From positions 1 through 64,000 of the forward strand of contig CAXBME010000024.1 in the NCBI GenBank assembly GCA_963976765.1: a stretch of DNA of 64,000 nucleotides, given 5' to 3'. This DNA comes from an uncultured Planctomycetaceae bacterium. Lineage in GTDB: Bacteria; Planctomycetota; Planctomycetia; Planctomycetales; Planctomycetaceae. The position numbers and the translations under genes are program-made. The number at the start of each line of letters is the position of its first letter. The first letter of the stretch is position 1. The notes below the pieces were generated by a model, which made no database searches, was not told the DNA's origin, and saw nothing but the letters and a program-made list of their open reading frames with translations. Shown one piece after another: positions 1-8,239 of the stretch.

Positions 1-150
1 CCGCTGCAAACTCAAATCCATCTACCCAAAGATTTTGCTCTGACGAAGCACTAGGGGCATATCAGGGGCAAAATCTGTCACATTGGGCAAGCTGGCCGAA
101 GCGGTGGCCAAAGACTCTGAGCAGTCCGGAAATGAGCGAAAACCTAACGA

Positions 151-187
151 AAAAGGCCCATTATCAACGATTGACAAGGGGCCTTTT
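151..187. terminator. Imperfect hairpin immediately 3' of tRNA-His (terminator / att-adjacent stem-loop)
   Basis: AAAAGGCCC-A-TTATCAA-CGA-TTGACAA-G-GGGCCTTTT. A/T runs on both sides; gives a U-tail on the minus (tRNA) strand. Confidence 0.65.
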
Positions 188-190
188 CAA

Positions 191-267
191 GGGGTGAGTA
201 ACCGGGTTCGAACCGGCGACCTCCGGAATCACAATCCGGCGCTCTAACCAACTGAGCTATACCCACC
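191..267 (-). tRNA. tRNA-His (GTG)
   Basis: Reverse complement G-GTGGGTA-TAGCTCAGTTGGTTAGAGC-G-CCGGA-TTGTGAT-TCCGG-AGGTC-GCCGG-TTCGAAC-CCGGT-TACTCAC-C-CC folds as a cloverleaf. Anticodon GTG, encoded G-1 opposite C73, TTCGA T-loop. Confidence 0.97.
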
Positions 268-559
268 ATACTTTGAGTTTCGCGGTAACTGGCGAAGGCT
301 CGGTACGATACTGACGCAAAATTTGGTTTGCAAGTTTCTCAAACTGAACGCCAGTGTGGACTCCCACGACTACACTCAGACAGGCTGACGTAGATAAAGG
401 TTCCTGGCAAGGTGCTTTTCCGGCGTCACGTTACGGGCGCATCCGCGACATTTTCAGGAGATGTTTCGAAAACACAGCCAGCGAGCATCGTCATTGTGAG
501 CGGCAGAAATCGATGGCCACCGAACGTATTTGCGGGGCTGGTGACGACAGTTTGTGAAG

Positions 560-1045
560 TTAAGGGTTCGTGAAATCGTTGAGCGGGTTGCTGACTCGTT
601 CTTTGTCGGGCTGGTACTGGCCTTCACCGGCCTGGTAGCGGCGACCGTGGAACCAGCCAAGTTTGACCTTTGACCACCACGGAGCGTAGTCCCAGCCCCA
701 GGTTCCTTCGCGGCGGCAGACTCGGGCGTCTCCGCCGAAGGTTGCTCCACCGCCGACGTAGTAGCCGGTGTAGTGTCGGTCGTCTTCGCAACTTGCCCAC
801 GGCGCGATGCACTGCGGATTGCCGGCTCGCTGAAGCTGAGCCCAGTTGGTGGGAGCCTCTTTGTACTTCCACTTGTGCTGGCCGAAGAAGCTGGTTCGCG
901 GGTCGATGTCGAGCCGCTCTTTCAGTTTGGCGAAGACGCCCTGCTTTTCTTCTGGCTCTTCACCGATGGCTGATGCTCCGGCAAAGCTGAACAGAAGCAC
1001 AAACGGCACAACGAATCGGCACATCCCTGAAAACATCGCGACCAC
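560..1045 (-). CDS. Small secreted Trp/Tyr/Gly-rich hypothetical protein
   Basis: Signal-peptide-like N-terminus (FVVPFVLLFSFAGASA); core YTGYYVGGG...EGTWGWDY...GWFHGRRYQ; co-oriented downstream of the 1165-aa gene. Confidence 0.75.
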   Translation of the reverse strand: MVAMFSGMCRFVVPFVLLFSFAGASAIGEEPEEKQGVFAKLKERLDIDPRTSFFGQHKWKYKEAPTNWAQLQRAGNPQCIAPWASCEDDRHYTGYYVGGGATFGGDARVCRREGTWGWDYAPWWSKVKLGWFHGRRYQAGEGQYQPDKERVSNPLNDFTNP

Positions 1046-1136
1046 CCTGTCGAGACTCGGCGAAATCGGTCACAGAACCGGCGACCGGCCTGAGTATCAC
1101 GGCGAAACCTCAATCAGCCGTCGCCAGCTTCAGCGA

Positions 1137-4100
1137 TCAACCGTGAGGGTTCCGCAGGAACTTCTGATAAGGCAGGCGCACCTGGTTCACGAAGACTTCA
1201 TCGGCCCGCACAACGGCATCCGGAGGAAGGAAACCCTGGGCGCCCGCAAAGGTTACCACGTCGTCCTGATCGACACCGTCACCGGAAACGCCAAACCCGC
1301 CGATCAATTGTCCATTTGAACCATAGACCGGCGTGCTGCCCGGGAAGAAGACGATGCCGTTCTGATTGGCTCTCCGGTCCGTCAGCGGATCGCCTGTTCC
1401 GACCGCTCCGTCACCCAGATCCCGGAAGTTGGTGTTCGGGTTGAAGGCGTCGTGGCCGAGTACCGAATCAAACGCGCTGATATCGATCGGCGCGTTGGTC
1501 TCAACGAGAGCCGCACCGTTTGCTTGCCCACCGATTGGCAGGCCGGTCGCGTCGGCAATGTCCGGAAGGATCGAGAATGTTGCATTCGGTGCTCCGGCAT
1601 CGATGCCGTCCGGGAAACGTGGTTCGGACAGGAATCGAATCGTGCGGTTCGTGAAAGCGGTTCCGGCTGGCACGCCGGGAATCTGATCGATGGTTTGCAG
1701 CGCGGTCGAGTCTGCGTAGTAAGCCGTGTTGCGAGCTTTTGCGATGGCGACGTCAATCGAAAAGACCGTGGCATCCCGCATGCGGAACAGGCCGAGAACT
1801 TCGCCGGTCGTATCAGTTACCGCCATGACCATCCGGGTTCGGCTGCTGACTGGAAGTCGGACGGCCGCGCGAACGAGGTTCGCTTCAGCGACGGCGGCAT
1901 TGATGATCTGCTCAACTTCTGCCGCTGTGATGTCTGGTCCAGGCACGCCGTCAAGATCGGCCCCGTCGTGCGGTGTGACGAGCCAGCCGAACGGCACCGA
2001 CTGACCGTTGATCGCCAGGTCGCCGCCGATGTTGACGGGCTGGTCGGTTCCGTTGACAGCTCCCGTCAGCGGCCCGAGATTCTGATTCCCAAACTTGATC
2101 AGATCCTTGAGACCCAGAACTCCGGCCGTTGGTCCGATCACTTCCAGTTGGATGCCGACCAGGTCAAGGCGTCCAAACGGAATGTCCAGATCGGCCACGG
2201 GATGGAACGGTGGTTTCGCGCCTGCCGCAATCGCGTTGCCCCCGTTACTTCCGCCAGCCGCGACGACCGCGATGAATTCAGCTTCCAGAACTTTCGGAGC
2301 GTTGGTCCGGTCCTTTTCGGTCTGCCCGACTCCGGCCTGGAAGTTCTGTTCGAAAAGTGCCGTGCCGTCGGTGCCCGGGAAGAAGACTCCAATTCCACCG
2401 ATTAGCGTTTCGCCGACGCCGTCGCCGTTCGTGTCACGGAAGAACGGGACTCCGCCCGGCAGCGTCGCGATGCCTCGTGACTGGGCCGAAGGAAACACGC
2501 CAGAAACAAAACCGTACGATTCAGGAGCGGAGAGCCTCAGGCTGTCCGCCATGCCGTCCATGTTGACGTCCGGGTTGTCGGCGTACCCGTCTCCGTCCGT
2601 GTCGAGCGGCACGAAGGCCGTGTCAATGTTGAAGCGGTTTGTGAGTGTAATGTCGTCTGCCGTGCCGCGTTCTCCATCCTCGCCGGGATGCACGATCGAA
2701 TCGCGGTTTGTGTGCTCAATGGCGAAAAGGTCGACCGGCGGAGTGAACGCGACCTCCGGCGGGAAGTGCCCGCCCAATCCGATCGGAGCGACAAAGCCGG
2801 GACCTTCAAAGAATGGATCGTTGCTGTTCGGGTTCGAGTTGACTTCGCGGAACGTCACCGTCGACTGACTGATGAACCGAACGAGCCTCGACGTCAGCGG
2901 CGCGAGTGTTCCATTGACCGGATCGCCGTTCGAGAAGAAAGCAGCGGTGCGGGCTTTCGCGACGGCTCCGTCGATCGCAAAAGTGAGTAACTGCGGATCG
3001 GCCTGAAGCCCGGCGTCGACACCAGCTTCGACGCGAACTCCGAGAATGTTTCCGCCACGGTCGACGATCGCGATGATGGCGTCGTCACTCGTCGAAACCT
3101 GCGTGGCGTAATCAAGGATCGACGAAACTTCCGCAGCCGTCAGTTGCGGATAGTCGGTAAACATCGCGTGCAGGCCGTGCAGTGCCGACTCTTCCGGAGA
3201 TTCAACGTTGATCTGATCGAGGCCGTAGGTCGCAACAGCGTATTCGTAGGTATCGATTCCTCGCTCACGGTCATAATTCTGGTTCATGATGTCGCCATAG
3301 AACCCGTTGGTCGAATCCTCCAGACCAAGCACGTGGCCGATTTCGTGACCGACGATCGTTCCAAAGTCGAACGTGCCGGCAGGATTTCCGTTGTCGATTC
3401 CGGCGTCGAGATTCTCGGTGTGGTCGACGAGGATGATCCGCTGGAAGGATGATTCGCCGGAGTCGAACCGGGTTTCGATAGTTCCCCCGAGTCCGAGCAC
3501 TTCGCCGGGCGAACTTTCCTGGCCGACCGCTTCCAGAGCCCCCTTGTAAATAATGACGACGTCCGAGTCGGGACCGCTTGTGTCCTGGATGAAGGCGACT
3601 TTGTTATCAGTAGCCTGTTCCCATTTCGCAAAGGCGGCTTCGGCGCTCGAGACTTCAGCGGGCGTAATTTCATTCTGGTAGCCGCCGAAACCTCGGAAGT
3701 CGTACCGGATAACAATCTGTTCTCCGTCAAATGTTTGAGCCTCACTGGTCGCGGATTCGGTAGCTCCGCTGGCCGCTTGTGGAGTTCCGTTGAGGCTGAC
3801 AGGCACGGCTGTCGTCGAGCTGGTGCCTGTACCCGAATTGCTTCCGCGTGGAGTGACTCCCGGCGTCGCAGCTTGCGGAATCGAGGTCGGCCCACCGCCG
3901 CCTGCGAAGGTCAGATCGAAGTTCGACGAGATCTGGTGCTCGCCGCCCTTCTTCGCATCCTGGTCTTCGAGGTCGTCAGCGTTCTGATCCGACACCGGTT
4001 CGGCGTCGGCTTTCTGACCATCTTTTTCGTCTCCGTCTGCCTCTGTCGATTCCGGCTTGCCGGCATCCTCGGATTCAGCTGCATCTTCGGAAGTTTCTGC

Positions 4101-4634
4101 GGACTCCTCACCCGAGAGCAATAGCTGCCCAAGATCGGCGAGCGCTTCTTCGCTGATCGAGTCTTCGTCTGGAGTCACGTTTTCAGAAGCCGAATCAGCG
4201 TTCGAGTTCTGCGCGTTCTGAGAAGACGACCGCTCGGCGGCTTCACCAGTGCTGGCTGCGTCGGCGCGTTGGCCGTCGGCTGAGGTTTCGCTATTCGGGT
4301 TGCTGGCTTCAGACGCAGCCTCGTTCTGAGAACTTTGCTGACGAGCCAGCCAGGCGAACTGAAGTTCCATTCGCTGGAACTCGTCGCCGGCTTCCATCAG
4401 CGAAATGTCGGCGGCAGACAGGCTGTCTACCTCGTGCTTTGCCAGCAGATCGACGGTCGAGATCGGCAGCAGATCGCCTGTGGGGACTCCAGTTTCGGTA
4501 GGAACGAGGCTACCCAGCAGCAGTTTCTGCTCAAGCTGCTCGGTGATCGTGGCAGAGCGTCGGCCGGCATGATGCTTGCGACGGGGCTTTCCAAAAACAC
4601 CGGTACGACTCGACGATCGACGGAACCAGGACAC
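1137..4634 (-). CDS. Extracellular protein: LEPR-XLL-type N-terminus, acidic linker, matrixin/metzincin-like domain, tandem GlcG/HbpS haem-binding domains
   Basis: GTG start with GGAGG RBS. EQLEQKLLL after an Arg-rich leader. HEIGHVLGLED plus DIM Met-turn. Two copies of the GlcG pattern (LTAAEV..IAIVDRGG..AVAKARTA..GGVP..IGGIGV and ITAAEV..MAVTDTTG..AIAKARNTA..GSTP..IGGFGVSGDGVDQD). Confidence 0.85.
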   Translation of the reverse strand: MSWFRRSSSRTGVFGKPRRKHHAGRRSATITEQLEQKLLLGSLVPTETGVPTGDLLPISTVDLLAKHEVDSLSAADISLMEAGDEFQRMELQFAWLARQQSSQNEAASEASNPNSETSADGQRADAASTGEAAERSSSQNAQNSNADSASENVTPDEDSISEEALADLGQLLLSGEESAETSEDAAESEDAGKPESTEADGDEKDGQKADAEPVSDQNADDLEDQDAKKGGEHQISSNFDLTFAGGGGPTSIPQAATPGVTPRGSNSGTGTSSTTAVPVSLNGTPQAASGATESATSEAQTFDGEQIVIRYDFRGFGGYQNEITPAEVSSAEAAFAKWEQATDNKVAFIQDTSGPDSDVVIIYKGALEAVGQESSPGEVLGLGGTIETRFDSGESSFQRIILVDHTENLDAGIDNGNPAGTFDFGTIVGHEIGHVLGLEDSTNGFYGDIMNQNYDRERGIDTYEYAVATYGLDQINVESPEESALHGLHAMFTDYPQLTAAEVSSILDYATQVSTSDDAIIAIVDRGGNILGVRVEAGVDAGLQADPQLLTFAIDGAVAKARTAAFFSNGDPVNGTLAPLTSRLVRFISQSTVTFREVNSNPNSNDPFFEGPGFVAPIGLGGHFPPEVAFTPPVDLFAIEHTNRDSIVHPGEDGERGTADDITLTNRFNIDTAFVPLDTDGDGYADNPDVNMDGMADSLRLSAPESYGFVSGVFPSAQSRGIATLPGGVPFFRDTNGDGVGETLIGGIGVFFPGTDGTALFEQNFQAGVGQTEKDRTNAPKVLEAEFIAVVAAGGSNGGNAIAAGAKPPFHPVADLDIPFGRLDLVGIQLEVIGPTAGVLGLKDLIKFGNQNLGPLTGAVNGTDQPVNIGGDLAINGQSVPFGWLVTPHDGADLDGVPGPDITAAEVEQIINAAVAEANLVRAAVRLPVSSRTRMVMAVTDTTGEVLGLFRMRDATVFSIDVAIAKARNTAYYADSTALQTIDQIPGVPAGTAFTNRTIRFLSEPRFPDGIDAGAPNATFSILPDIADATGLPIGGQANGAALVETNAPIDISAFDSVLGHDAFNPNTNFRDLGDGAVGTGDPLTDRRANQNGIVFFPGSTPVYGSNGQLIGGFGVSGDGVDQDDVVTFAGAQGFLPPDAVVRADEVFVNQVRLPYQKFLRNPHG

Positions 4635-4888
4635 GTGCCACCTCCCTGCGGCGAACTCCCGAACTTCAGTCGCGGCAATCCCTCCAGACCGTTCGCGACG
4701 AATCCTTCAGCGGAACGCCCGCGCAACCGCGCGTAACGCTCTTCTGTTTCGAAATCGGAATAACCGGCACAGTCAATCAAATCGTTTTCGTACGAATCTT
4801 CGGAAAATCCGACAGCCGCGAGAAAATTCGTCGCCCGTCGCCGGAAAAGCCATTTCCGTCTGCCTTCAGAAAAACCTTTGCGAAAATG

Positions 4889-4916
4889 GGAACTTTCGTG
4901 TCGGCACGTCGTCAGA
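4889..4916 (+). promoter_or_regulatory. Candidate ECF (sigmaE-type) promoter
   Basis: GGAACTT-N16-TCAGA versus the established sigmaE consensus GGAACTT-N16-TCAAA; points at the anti-sigma-like gene. Confidence 0.5.
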
Positions 4917-5045
4917 AATCGGCATCAGAAGCGGACGTGGTTGCTTCAAGATTTCGAAAGTTCGACGTAACACCCGTCTGTGAAAAATGTTGCAGTGAAA
5001 TCGATGTCGGAATTTCCCTGGCGTCGAGATCTGAATAGAGTGGTG

Positions 5046-5082
5046 GAACTTCTGCTCGTCGAGTCCTGACGAGCGGAAGTTC
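5046..5082. repeat. 15-bp inverted repeat upstream of anti-sigma gene
   Basis: GAACTTCTGCTCGTC-gagtcct-GACGAGCGGAAGTTC; one mismatch (a G.U pair on the + strand). Confidence 0.7.
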
Positions 5083-5181
5083 TGACCAGATTTGACGCGA
5101 ATGCGGCATTCGATCCGAAAGGATTGAAGTTGGCCCTGCGTGGCCGCATTCGATTTGAACCAGCAGGGCGGGACACGAGCC

Positions 5182-6234
5182 ATGAACGGCACGCCATCCA
5201 ATGAAAAACTGTCGGCCTGGCTGGACGACGAACTGCCGCTAGACGAGCGTGCGGAAGTTGAAAAGCTGCTGGCTGAATCTCCGTCGCTCCGCGAAGAGCT
5301 GAACGAACTTCAGCGTCTTTCGGGACGACTGAAGGGACTGCCGGTTGCTCAGGCCCCCGCTGAATTGCAGCAGGCTGTGATGCGGGCAATCGAGCGGGAG
5401 ACGCTGCTGGCCGGTGACGATTCGGTGAAAGTCGCTCGCAGCGGGCGAGTGCTTCGAACGCTCACAACAGCCGCCGGCATTGCTCTGGTGATTGGAGCCG
5501 GGCTCTGGTTTGCTTCGGACGGCGATCAGAATGTCGCTGCTGTTGACCCAGTTGGACCGGAGATTCGGACGGTTCATCAGACTCCGACGACCGCTCGGGC
5601 CAACAAACGTGAAGTGAAAATGTCCGTGGAACTTCCGACGCGGCAGTTTGAAATTGATCGCACAAAGTTAGGTGCGGCGGATATCGGCGATATCGTCGAA
5701 GCCGTGCGGCAGGATGGCGAGTCGGTCTCGATCGTTCGCCTGACGGTTGTCGATCGGCAGGCTGGCCTTGAGTCGTTGCGGGTTCTGCTCGCTCATGAAG
5801 AGATACCGCTGGATGGTTCGAAGGATGTTCTTCCGGTTGGTGAAAAAGTTGGCAAAGGTCTGGTCGCCGTTTTTGTCGAGTCAAAGTCCGATCAGCTGAG
5901 CCGTACGATTCAGCAGATGGCTCAGAAACTTCGACTGGAATCGTTGTCGGTTTCCGACGCGTTGCCGATTGCGAATCTGGGTTCTGACCTTCGATCAGAA
6001 TTGGGGATTGCTGATTCTGGTGAGGAATCCAGAGCCGCTCGAGCCGTCTCCGTTCCTGAAGGCAGCTCACTGGGAAAGATGATTTCTGAGCCCGGTCGTT
6101 ATGCGACGAGTTTTGAAGCTTCTGGTGAACCATCCTCAGCCGAGCGACCTGTCCGTGTAATTTTCGTCCTGACAGACGCTCCGGTCGCCGAGCCAGCCGT
6201 CAAAGCGACGGCTGTCGAGAATGGCGCCGCCTGA
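5182..6234 (+). CDS. Transmembrane anti-sigma factor (RsiW/ASD-like N-terminus)
   Basis: EKLSAWLDDEL...ERAEVEKLLAESPSLREELNELQRL is a typical anti-sigma domain start, followed by one TM (AAGIALVIGAGLWF). ATG 5182 preferred over GTG 5140. Confidence 0.8.
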   Translation: MNGTPSNEKLSAWLDDELPLDERAEVEKLLAESPSLREELNELQRLSGRLKGLPVAQAPAELQQAVMRAIERETLLAGDDSVKVARSGRVLRTLTTAAGIALVIGAGLWFASDGDQNVAAVDPVGPEIRTVHQTPTTARANKREVKMSVELPTRQFEIDRTKLGAADIGDIVEAVRQDGESVSIVRLTVVDRQAGLESLRVLLAHEEIPLDGSKDVLPVGEKVGKGLVAVFVESKSDQLSRTIQQMAQKLRLESLSVSDALPIANLGSDLRSELGIADSGEESRAARAVSVPEGSSLGKMISEPGRYATSFEASGEPSSAERPVRVIFVLTDAPVAEPAVKATAVENGAA

Positions 6235-6274
6235 CCAGAAGTCACGCCTGAAAACGCAGCCTCGAAGTATGACC

Positions 6275-6304
6275 AGGGACCACCGTTGGGTGGTCCCTTT
6301 TTCT
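6275..6304 (+). terminator. Rho-independent terminator
   Basis: AGGGACCACC-gttg-GGTGGTCCCT-TTTT, 40 nt after the anti-sigma stop codon. Confidence 0.85.
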
Positions 6305-6444
6305 ATTCGCGTTGAGAGCCTCCCTCGTTCCGGCGCGGAGCGCAGGAATGAGATACGCAGAGGGCAGACATCAGAGTGAATCCCGGCAGACGAAAATGAC
6401 ATTATCTGCAGCGGAGGATTGACTTTCCCACACAAACTGTCGAA

Positions 6445-7380
6445 ATGCGCAGCATGGGCAGCAAGGAATCCAAAGCGGGCTACATCCGAAAACGACGGAC
6501 GTTGCGACTTCCGATCACGCTGAGCGTGGTCATGATGACGCTGAACGTCGCGCTGATGGTCTGCTGGATCATTCTGCTGGCTCAGCGAGGTTCCTGGAGC
6601 GCTTTGACCATTGGAACGATCGTCTTTGCGCTGATTCTCGTCGGCATGATTTTCTACATGTTTCTGACGGTGAAAGAAGTCCGGCTTAACCAGCGGCAAT
6701 CGAACTTCGTCGACAGCGTGACTCACGAACTGAAAACGCCGATTGCCGCCCTGAAGCTTTACCTCGAAACGTTGCAGCTCAGGCAGCTCAGCGACGAGCA
6801 GCGTGCCGACTTTTACCAGACGATGGGACATGAGCTGCAACGACTGGATCATCTCATCAGTCAGCTTCTGGAAGTTGGACGCCTGGATGCGATCGGCCAT
6901 CAGTCGGATCCGGAAGATATCCCGCTGGACCGTTTGCTTCGGAGGTGCGCGGTTTCTGCATGCGCTCACCACAAACAGGATCCCGAGCAGGTGGTCACTT
7001 TCGATATTGAACCCATTGTTGTGCACTCGCGCCCGGTCGTGCTGGAGATGATTTTCGGCAATCTCCTGGACAATGCGGTGAAGTACGCTGGTGACCCCCC
7101 GCAGGTCGAAGTGCTGGTTCGAATGAAAGGTTCCGATCGAGTCAGTGTTCGGATCACCGACAATGGAGAGGGCGTGCCGGCTGATCTGCGACGCAAAGTC
7201 TTCCAGATGTTTTACCGGGGCGGCGACGAGCTGGAGCGTCGTCAGAAGGGCACCGGGCTGGGGCTGTACATCAGTCGGACACTTGCTCACATTCTGAAAG
7301 GCAGTATTTCCGTTCACGATCGTGTTGGCGGATCGGGCAGCGTGTTTGAAGTCGAACTTCCGGGGAGGCCGGAATCATGA
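6445..7380 (+). CDS. Sensor histidine kinase
   Basis: Two TMs, H-box VTHELKTP, N-box NLLDNAVKY, G1 DNGEG, G2 GTGLGL. Confidence 0.95.
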   Translation: MRSMGSKESKAGYIRKRRTLRLPITLSVVMMTLNVALMVCWIILLAQRGSWSALTIGTIVFALILVGMIFYMFLTVKEVRLNQRQSNFVDSVTHELKTPIAALKLYLETLQLRQLSDEQRADFYQTMGHELQRLDHLISQLLEVGRLDAIGHQSDPEDIPLDRLLRRCAVSACAHHKQDPEQVVTFDIEPIVVHSRPVVLEMIFGNLLDNAVKYAGDPPQVEVLVRMKGSDRVSVRITDNGEGVPADLRRKVFQMFYRGGDELERRQKGTGLGLYISRTLAHILKGSISVHDRVGGSGSVFEVELPGRPES

Positions 7381-8144
7381 AGATCCTGATTGTCGAAGAC
7401 GAAGAAGCTCTTGCCAAAGGTCTCAAATTCAATTTCGAGCAGGAAGGTTACGAAGTCGAAACCGCTGGTGACGGTCGTCGGGCACTTGACCTGTTCGACG
7501 CAGCGGATCCTCCGTTTGACCTGATCATCATGGATCTGATGCTGCCCGGCATGAGCGGCTACGAAACGACTCGAGAAATTCGCGAACGTGACGAGCTGGT
7601 GTCGATCCTTGTGCTCAGTGCCAGAACTCTGAGCGAAGACCGGGCTATGGCCTTTGACGCCGGCACGGACCAGTATCTTTCAAAACCGTTCGCGCTGCCG
7701 GAACTTCTCAGTCGCGTCCGTAACCTGACACATCGACGACAGGTAAGAACAACGTCCGCCTCCGAACAACCAAAGGCACCGATCCTGCCCGCTCGATTCA
7801 AATTCGGCGACAACATCGTGGCGGATTTCGATCAGTTCGAACTGACCGTCGGCGACACAACTCACACACTGACGACTATGGAGATGCAGTTGCTGAAGTA
7901 TTTCATCGAACAGGAAAGACGCGTGCTTTCACGAGATCAGATCATGGAGAATGTCTGGGAAGACACCGCTGCCTTCAGCACACGTTCGATTGACAATTTC
8001 GTCATGCGACTGCGGCGTCTGATTGAGCCGCTGCCGAGCGAGCCTCGGCACATCCTTTCGGTTCGAGGCACCGGGTATCGCTTCGTCGCGAACCCGGAAC
8101 CGGGCGACGACTCTGATTCTGAGAATTCTGAATTCCAGAACTGA
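7377..8144 (+). CDS. OmpR/PhoB-family response regulator
   Basis: ILIVEDE, MDLMLPG, KPF receiver motifs; winged helix ending SVRGTGYRF; ATGA overlap with the kinase. Confidence 0.95.
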   Translation: MKILIVEDEEALAKGLKFNFEQEGYEVETAGDGRRALDLFDAADPPFDLIIMDLMLPGMSGYETTREIRERDELVSILVLSARTLSEDRAMAFDAGTDQYLSKPFALPELLSRVRNLTHRRQVRTTSASEQPKAPILPARFKFGDNIVADFDQFELTVGDTTHTLTTMEMQLLKYFIEQERRVLSRDQIMENVWEDTAAFSTRSIDNFVMRLRRLIEPLPSEPRHILSVRGTGYRFVANPEPGDDSDSENSEFQN

Positions 8145-8239
8145 TTCCGAATGACCAGAGCGAAGAGCAACTGGTCAGTTTTCTGTTCCTGCCGCTCAGG
8201 CAGACTGTTTTCACTTTTGACACGACTGGCAACTACTGA

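Noticed and set aside
8110..8155. TTCTGA-like short repeats at the end of the response regulator gene
   Set aside because: Too degenerate and short to distinguish from a low-complexity acidic tail.
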